In this document: one piece after another, positions 57,950 through 64,000 of the stretch
Layout of the letters: every line of letters begins with the position of its first letter
How positions within the stretch are numbered: the first letter of the stretch is position 1
Assembly (NCBI GenBank): GCA_014905635.1
Contig: CM026547.1
Location: 682,001-746,000, forward strand
Reading direction: 5' to 3'
Origin: Scenedesmus sp. PABB004
Lineage: Eukaryota
DNA: 64,000 nt
Notes under the pieces: model-generated
Database searches by the model: none
Told to the model about the DNA's origin: nothing
Seen by the model: the letters and a program-made list of their open reading frames with translations, nothing else
Program-made: the position numbers and the translations under genes

Positions 57950-60900
57950 ATGCGCCTGTGCTCGGCGCCCCGCTGCCCGGCGCCGCGGGGCGCGGCGCGG
58001 CGCGTGGCGCGCGGCGCGCCGGGGAGCAGCAGCAGCGCCCCGCGCGCCAGGCTGAGCAGCCTGGCGCGCGCGTCAACCCTGCCCAGCGTGCCGTCGTTCA
58101 ACAGCCTGGGGGACCTCAAAATCATTGCCGACGTGAACGCAGAGTCCGCGGCCAGCGTCGAGTCCCTGGAGCTGCGCGACGCGCGCGTGAGCGTCAAGCG
58201 CGGGGCCGCGCCCGGGCGGCGGGGGAGCCCAGCTCCCTGTGACTTGCCGGGCGCGGCGCGCGGCGCGCCGCCGCGGGGCGCTGCTGCGCGCGCCGCGCCG
58301 CCGCGGGCGCTGCTGCGCGCGCCGCGTCGCTGGCGGGCGCCCCCGGCCGCGCCGACGCCCGCCCGCACGGCGGCCCCCGCCCTGCTGCGCACAGGCCGTG
58401 TCCTACGTGAGCCGGCGGCGCCTGGACGCGGCCGACTTTGACGCGGACGCCGTGGACGACGAGGGCCTGCCGCTCGTGTACAACGAGGCGCGCATCGCAG
58501 CGTTCTGGTCCCAGCGCCCCGGCGAGCTCGCGAGCCGCTGGACGCGCTTCGCCGCCATCTCCGGTGCGCGCGCGGCGCGGCGCCGCAGCGCCTGGCAGGC
58601 CGCCCCGACGCGTCGCGCGCCGCGCCGGTGCCCCAGACCCCGCCACGCGCGCCCGACCCCGCCGCGCCGCCGCCCCTCGTGCCGCCCCTTGCGCAGCGCC
58701 GTGGCTCACCAAGGTCGCCAACGCGGTGCTGACGGGCAAGCTGGAGGCGCGGCAGGTCGAGCTCGCGCGCGACGCGGTCGACAACCTGGAGCGCCTCGGC
58801 CCCACCTTCATCAAGCTCGGCCAGATCGCCTCAATCAGGTGCGCCCACCGCGGCCCGCGCCGCCCGCGCGGCCCACACCAGCGCCGCCGCGGGCTGCCGG
58901 CAGCCGTGGCGGCGGCAGCTGCTCCGGCGGCGCCGTGGCGCCGGCTGCGCAGCCGCGCGCGCCCCGCACGACCGCTCGCTGTGCTGTGCGCGCAGGCCCG
59001 ACGTGCTGCCGCCGCCGGTGCTGGCGGAGCTGGCCAAGCTGCAGGACCGCATCCCGCCGTTCAGCACGCGCGAGGCGCGCGCGATGGTGGAGCGGGAGCT
59101 CGGCGCGCCGATCGACGCGCTGTTCAGCGAGTTCAGCGACCGCCCCATCGCCGCGGCGTCGCTCGCGCAGGCGCGCGCGGCGCGCCCGCCGCCGCGGCGC
59201 ATCCGCCGCCGCGCCCCGCGCGCCGGGGAGCTCGGCCGCCGACGCTCATCCTCTCTCTCTCTCTCTCTCGCGCGCGCTCGCCGCGGCCCGCAGGTCTACC
59301 GCGCGCGGCTGCGCGGCAGCGGGCAGGAGGTGGCGGTCAAGGTGCAGCGCCCCGGCGCGCTGTCCACGATCAGCAAGGACCTCTACGTGCTGCGCCGCGG
59401 CGTGGGGCTGTACGAGGCGCTCGTGCGGCGCTTCACCGCGCAGACGACCGACTACCAGCAGCTCGTCAGCACCTTTGCCGAGGTGCGGCGGCCGGCCAGC
59501 ACCTGCACCGCGCGGGGGCGCCGGCGCGGAGCGCGGCGGCGCGCGGCGCACACGCGCGTGCCGGCCGGGGGCTGCAGACGGACCCCGCCGCCGCCGGTGT
59601 CGCCGCCAGGGTCTGTACACGGAGATGGACTTTCGCAACGAGGCCCTCAACGCGGTGCGCATGAAGGAGGTGCTCGCCGAGGCGGAGGGCCTGCGCGGCG
59701 ACCGGCTGGTCATCCCGCAGCCTGTCATGGAACTCACGACGCGGTGCGGCGCGGCCCCGCGCGGCGCGGGCGCGGCGCGGGCGCCGCCTGGCCTGCGGCG
59801 GGGCGTGCTGCCCGTGCGGCGGGGGCGAACGCCGCTCAGCCTCGTGTTGAGTGCCGCTCACCGCCGCCGCCGCGCCGCGCCCGCCGCGTCGTCCCGGCGC
59901 GAGCGCAGGCGCGTGATGACGATGGAGTGGGTGACGGGCGTCAAGCTGACCACGCTCCCCGCGGAGGAGGTGCGCGAGCTCGTGGGCGTCGGGCAGGAGG
60001 CCTTCCTGGTGCAGCTGCTCGAGGTGAGGCGGGGCAGTGACGCAGGGAGTGTGGCGGCAACTTGAGGCGGCGGCACCGCAGCGGCAGCGGCGGCGAGCGC
60101 GCGGCAGCGGCGCGCACCGTGCTGCGCGCCGCGCGCGCTGCCGGCCGGCCGGCCCACGCGCACCTGCGCCGCCCGCGCCTGTGTGCCCGCGCCGCCCAGG
60201 TCGGGTTCTTCCATGGCGACCCCCACCCCGGCAACCTGCTCAAGGTGCGCGTTGCGCTGCGCGCTGCGCCGCCGCGTCGCCGGCCCTCGCCGCCGCCGTC
60301 GCCGCGCCGCTGCGCTGCCGCGTCGCCGGCCCTCGCCGCCGCCGCCGCCGCGCCGGCGCCGCGCCCACGCCGCGCCCGCGCGCGCGGCCCCGCAGGTGAC
60401 GGAGGGCCCGGACGCGGGGAAGCTCGCGCTGCTCGACTTTGGGCTGGTCGCGGAGATTCCCGCGCAGGACCGCGCCGCAATGGTCTCGGCGACGATCCAC
60501 CTCGCCAACCGCAACTGGGCGGCGCTGATCGACGACTTCATCGCCCTCGAGTTCCTGCCAGACGACGCAAACAGGCGCGCGCTCTGCGCGCCGCGCCGCG
60601 CCGCACCCCGCGCCGCGCCGCGCCGCGCCGCGCCGCGCCGCCGCCCCGAGCGCGGGGGGCTCCGTGCCGCATGCCCCGTCCCACGCGCCGCCGCTCGCCG
60701 CCGCTCGTGCGCCGTGCGCCGCTGGTGCGCGTCAGGGCTGTGATCATCCCGGTCATGGAGCGCGTGCTGGGGCCCTACCTGCGCGGCGGGGGCGCCAAGG
60801 CGTTCAACTTCCAGGCGCGGCGCCGCGCGCTCCCGCACGCAGCGCAGCGCGCACGGCACGCACACAACGCTCACAGCATGCACAGCACATGCAGCGCGCG

Positions 60901-62788
60901 CTCTCCCCCGCCGCGCCGCGCTCTCTCTCACCCGCCGCGCCGCACGCCACTCGCCGGCCCCCTCGCGCCGTGCTGCAGGCGCTGAGCCAGGACCTGCTGA
61001 CGACGACGATGGAGATCCCTTTCTCTGTCCCGCCCTACATGAGCCTTCTCGCGCGCAGCGTCGCGACGCTGGAGGGCATCGCGCTCACCGCCGACCCGCA
61101 GTACCAGATGGTCGCGCAGGTGTGCGGGGCGGCGGCGGTGGCCGCGCCCCCGCGGCGGCGGCGGCGGCCGCGCCCCCGCGGCGGCGGCGGCGGGGCGCAG
61201 CGCAGCGCGCGGCGAGCCGCGCGGTCAGTCCGCAGCGAAGCACCCGCCTCGCTGCGGACTGCCGACCGTCCCGCCCTGCCCCCGCCCCGGCCCCCGCCCC
61301 CCGTTGCCGCCTGCCGCCCCCAGGCCTACCCCTTTGTCGCGCGCAAGGTGCTTCGCGACGACGGCAGCGGCACCGCCGCGCTGCTGCGGGACCTGGTCTA
61401 CGACGAGCGCGGCAACATGCGCCCGGGGCGCCTCTCCGCGCTGCTGCAGGCGCGGCGCGCGCGCGCGCAGCGCGCGGCGCACGCGCCGCGCCCCCAGCGC
61501 GCTCCCGGCCGCGCCCGCTCGCCGCCGCGCGCGTGCGGCGGCTCCCGGCCGCCGCGCCCCCCTCCCTGAGCGCCGCGCCCGCCCGCCCGCCGCCCGCCCG
61601 CCCGCCCGCCGCCGCCGCGCTCTCTGCCCGGCCCCGTCCCCCTCTGCCGCGACTGCACAGGCGGCGCTGGGGTATGTGAGCGAGCAGAGCGAGGGCTTTG
61701 TCGACTTTGACGCGGTGCCCGCGGAGGGCGCGAGCGCGGGCGAGCTGATGGGCTTCGTCCTCTCACCCGAGGCGCGCGAGCTGCGGCCGCTGCTCACCGG
61801 CTGGCTCGCGGGCGGCGCGGACCTCGTGTTGCGCGACCGGTGCGAGCCGGCAGCCGCGCGGCGCGGCCCGGGGCCGGCAGCGGCCGCCGCGTCGGCCGCA
61901 CGCGCGCGCCCCCGCCTGACGCCGCCGCCGCGGCCGCCCGGCCGCGCGCAGGGCGCGCAAGGCCGCCGCAGCGCTGCCGGGCCTGCTCACGCCGCGGCTG
62001 CCGTTTGCGGGGCTGCTCGGCCTGCCGTCGCTGCCGAGCCCGCCGCCGCCGCCCGTGTTCCTGCCCGGCGTCGGCCTGCTGAGCCTGACTGACGCGGTGG
62101 AGCGGCTCGCGCCGCCGCTGAGCGACCAAGAGGTGGTCTACCTGCAGAGCCTGCAGGAGCTTGTCGCGAGTGCGTGGGGGGCGCCGCCGCCGCCCAGCGC
62201 GGCAGCGGAGCGGCGCGGCCGCCGGCGCGGGGGGCCCCGTGCCGCGCCGAGCGGCAGCCCACCCGCCGCACCCGCGCCGCGCCTGCAGGCGTGCTGGGCG
62301 TGCCGCCGGCGCAGCTGGAGAGCCCGGGGCTGGACACGCTGCTGTCGCTCGTCACAAACCCCGGCGAGCAGGCGCGCGAGCTGCAGGCCGCGCTGACGTC
62401 GCTCGCGCGCGGCGACGCCGGCCAGGCGGCCGCCGCGGGCGACGTCGCGGTGGGCGTGGTCGAGCAGGTCGCGGCGACGCTGGCCGAGCGCGCGGGCGTG
62501 CCGGTGGACGTGATGTTCCCGATGCGCAGGGCGATGCTGGCGGGGCTGGGCCGCAGCGGCGGCCCCGCGCCGGCGAGCGCCGCGCCCGCCCTGCCGGTGG
62601 GCGCCGGCGCCAGCAGCGGCAGCGGCGGCAGCAGCCACGCCCTCGGCGCGGGCGGCCACAGCGGCGCCGGCGGGCACAGCGGCCACAGCGGCGCCGGCCT
62701 GGGCGTGCTGGAGGGCGCCGTGGCGGTGGCGGCAGCGGCGAGCACCACCACGAGCAGCGGCAAGCAGCTGGTCATGAGGCAGCTGTGA
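57950..62788 (+). CDS. ABC1/UbiB atypical kinase (ABC1K), probably plastid-targeted, 15 exons
   Basis: LGPTFIKLGQ, RPD..LAKLQDRIPPF, PIAAASLAQVYRA, VAVKVQRP, EMDF.NEA.N, MEWVTG, FFHGDPHPGN, LLDFGL, FSVPPYMSLLARS..TLEG and AYPFVARK; R/S/A-rich transit-peptide-like N-terminus; TGTAA at 63059. Confidence 0.93.
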
Positions 62789-63070
62789 GCAGTGGCACAC
62801 GCGGCGGGCGGCCGGCGTCACTGAATAAGCTTGCTGTGTGAGCTCGAGCAGACCGCGTTTGCGGCCGGCCGCGCCCGACACCATTCGTCGTGCCCGCCGG
62901 GTGTTGCGGGGCCCAATACGAACAGCTGCGGCCCTGGGACCGGGCGGCGCCTGTTTGATCGCGTTTGCGAGTATGCCCGCGCCGGGTGGGCGTGCGGCGT
63001 GTGCGCCGACTTGACGGCGGCGAGCAGAGAGAGAGAGAGAGACAGAGCGGTCACCGATTGTAACCGGTGG

Positions 63071-64000
63071 TCACCGCCACGGCCGCGTCGGTACCGACCG
63101 CGGCACGCCTCGCGCCACCAGCGGCGGAGGCGGCGGGGGCGGCGGCGGCGGAGGCGGCGGCGACGGCGGCGGCGGGGGCAGCGGCGGCGGAGCCGGCGCT
63201 GGCGCGGGATGCAGCACCTTCGGCGGGGCGGTGGGGGTGCGGCGCGGTGCGGTGGGGCGCCCACGCGCGCGCTCGCAGCGACGCGCACCGCAGCCGCCCT
63301 CATCAGCCCCGCGCCCCTCCGCCAGCGCCGCGCACCTGCATCAGCGCAGCGAGCTCCGCCTGCCGCCGCGCCTCCTCGGCCGCCGCCGCGGCCTGCGCGG
63401 CCTCCCACTCGCTGCCCGCAGTCGTCAGCACCGACTCGAAGGCCCAGCCAAAGATCTGGCCGGGCGCGATGCCAGCCATGTCGACCGGCCAGGCGGGGGG
63501 CGCTGCCGGAGCAGCCGCCGGCGGCGCTGGCTGCTGCTGCTGCTCCGCCGCCTCGCTCACCGCCGGCCCCGCCGGTGGGAGCGGCGCTGCAGCTGCGGCG
63601 GCGGTGCCGCCGAGCAGCTCCGCATCGCTGCCGGCGGCGTCCGGCGCCTGGTCGGCCGCCGCCGCCGCGCCCGGCAGCGGCGCCATCGCCGCCATCGTCG
63701 CCAGCGGCGCGATGTCGAGCTGCGTCGGCGGCGGCAGCGCCGCCTGCTGCTGCCCCGCCTCGTCCAGCTGCTGCCCCGGCTCCGGCGGCCCCTCCAGCAG
63801 CTGCTGCGGCGCTTCAGGCGCCGCAAATGGTGGCGCTGCAGCGCCGCTGCCCGCCGCCGCCGCCGCCTCGGCCTCGGCGGTGGCGTTGCGCACCGTGAAG
63901 GCCTGCACGACGTCGCTGCCGCTCGAGAGCACGCCGTCGCCGTGCTGCGCCGCCGCCACGGTCAGCGTGGCAGCGTAGCGCCCCGCCGGCAGCACCACGC
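63071..64000 (-). CDS. 3' part of an A/P-rich protein of unknown function (partial)
   Basis: Open frame from the window edge with GC3-rich codons (GRYAATLTVAA..., PGQIFGWAFESV), GT donor near 63336 and a probable Pro-rich last exon ending near 63071. The end is uncertain. Confidence 0.5.

Overview
Gene-dense, extremely GC-rich eukaryotic nuclear DNA with many short spliceosomal introns. It looks like a chlorophyte green alga (OPR-type repeat protein, TGTAA poly(A) signals, TTTAGGG-like tracts); this is inferred and no species is assigned. Most long six-frame ORFs are artefacts of GC richness. Hand-splicing supports about 12 genes: a partial Q-rich protein with a PAM2-like motif, a secreted WSC-like+GH16 glycanase, an unknown secreted protein ending in -GRR, a divergent AP2-like protein with a 66-bp coding minisatellite, RNA polymerase II largest subunit RPB1 (36 exons, minus strand), an OPR/TBC2-like helical-repeat protein, a SAP+RRM protein with a G/Q-rich tail, PWI-domain SRRM1, a giant (~19 kb) single-pass surface protein, a GalT/HIT-like protein, an ABC1K kinase and a partial low-complexity gene. 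Most striking observations: (1) 11 of 35 RPB1 introns and 4 of 14 ABC1K introns use GC donors, in those two genes always after exonic AG; (2) a near-perfect ~54-bp-arm hairpin inside an RPB1 intron (pre-miRNA-like); (3) the giant mucin/lectin/saposin-repeat/REJ protein; (4) loss of most clamp zinc ligands and most CTD Ser7 in RPB1; (5) telomere-like tracts in introns. Exon boundaries were read by eye and domain calls are motif recognition, not database hits.
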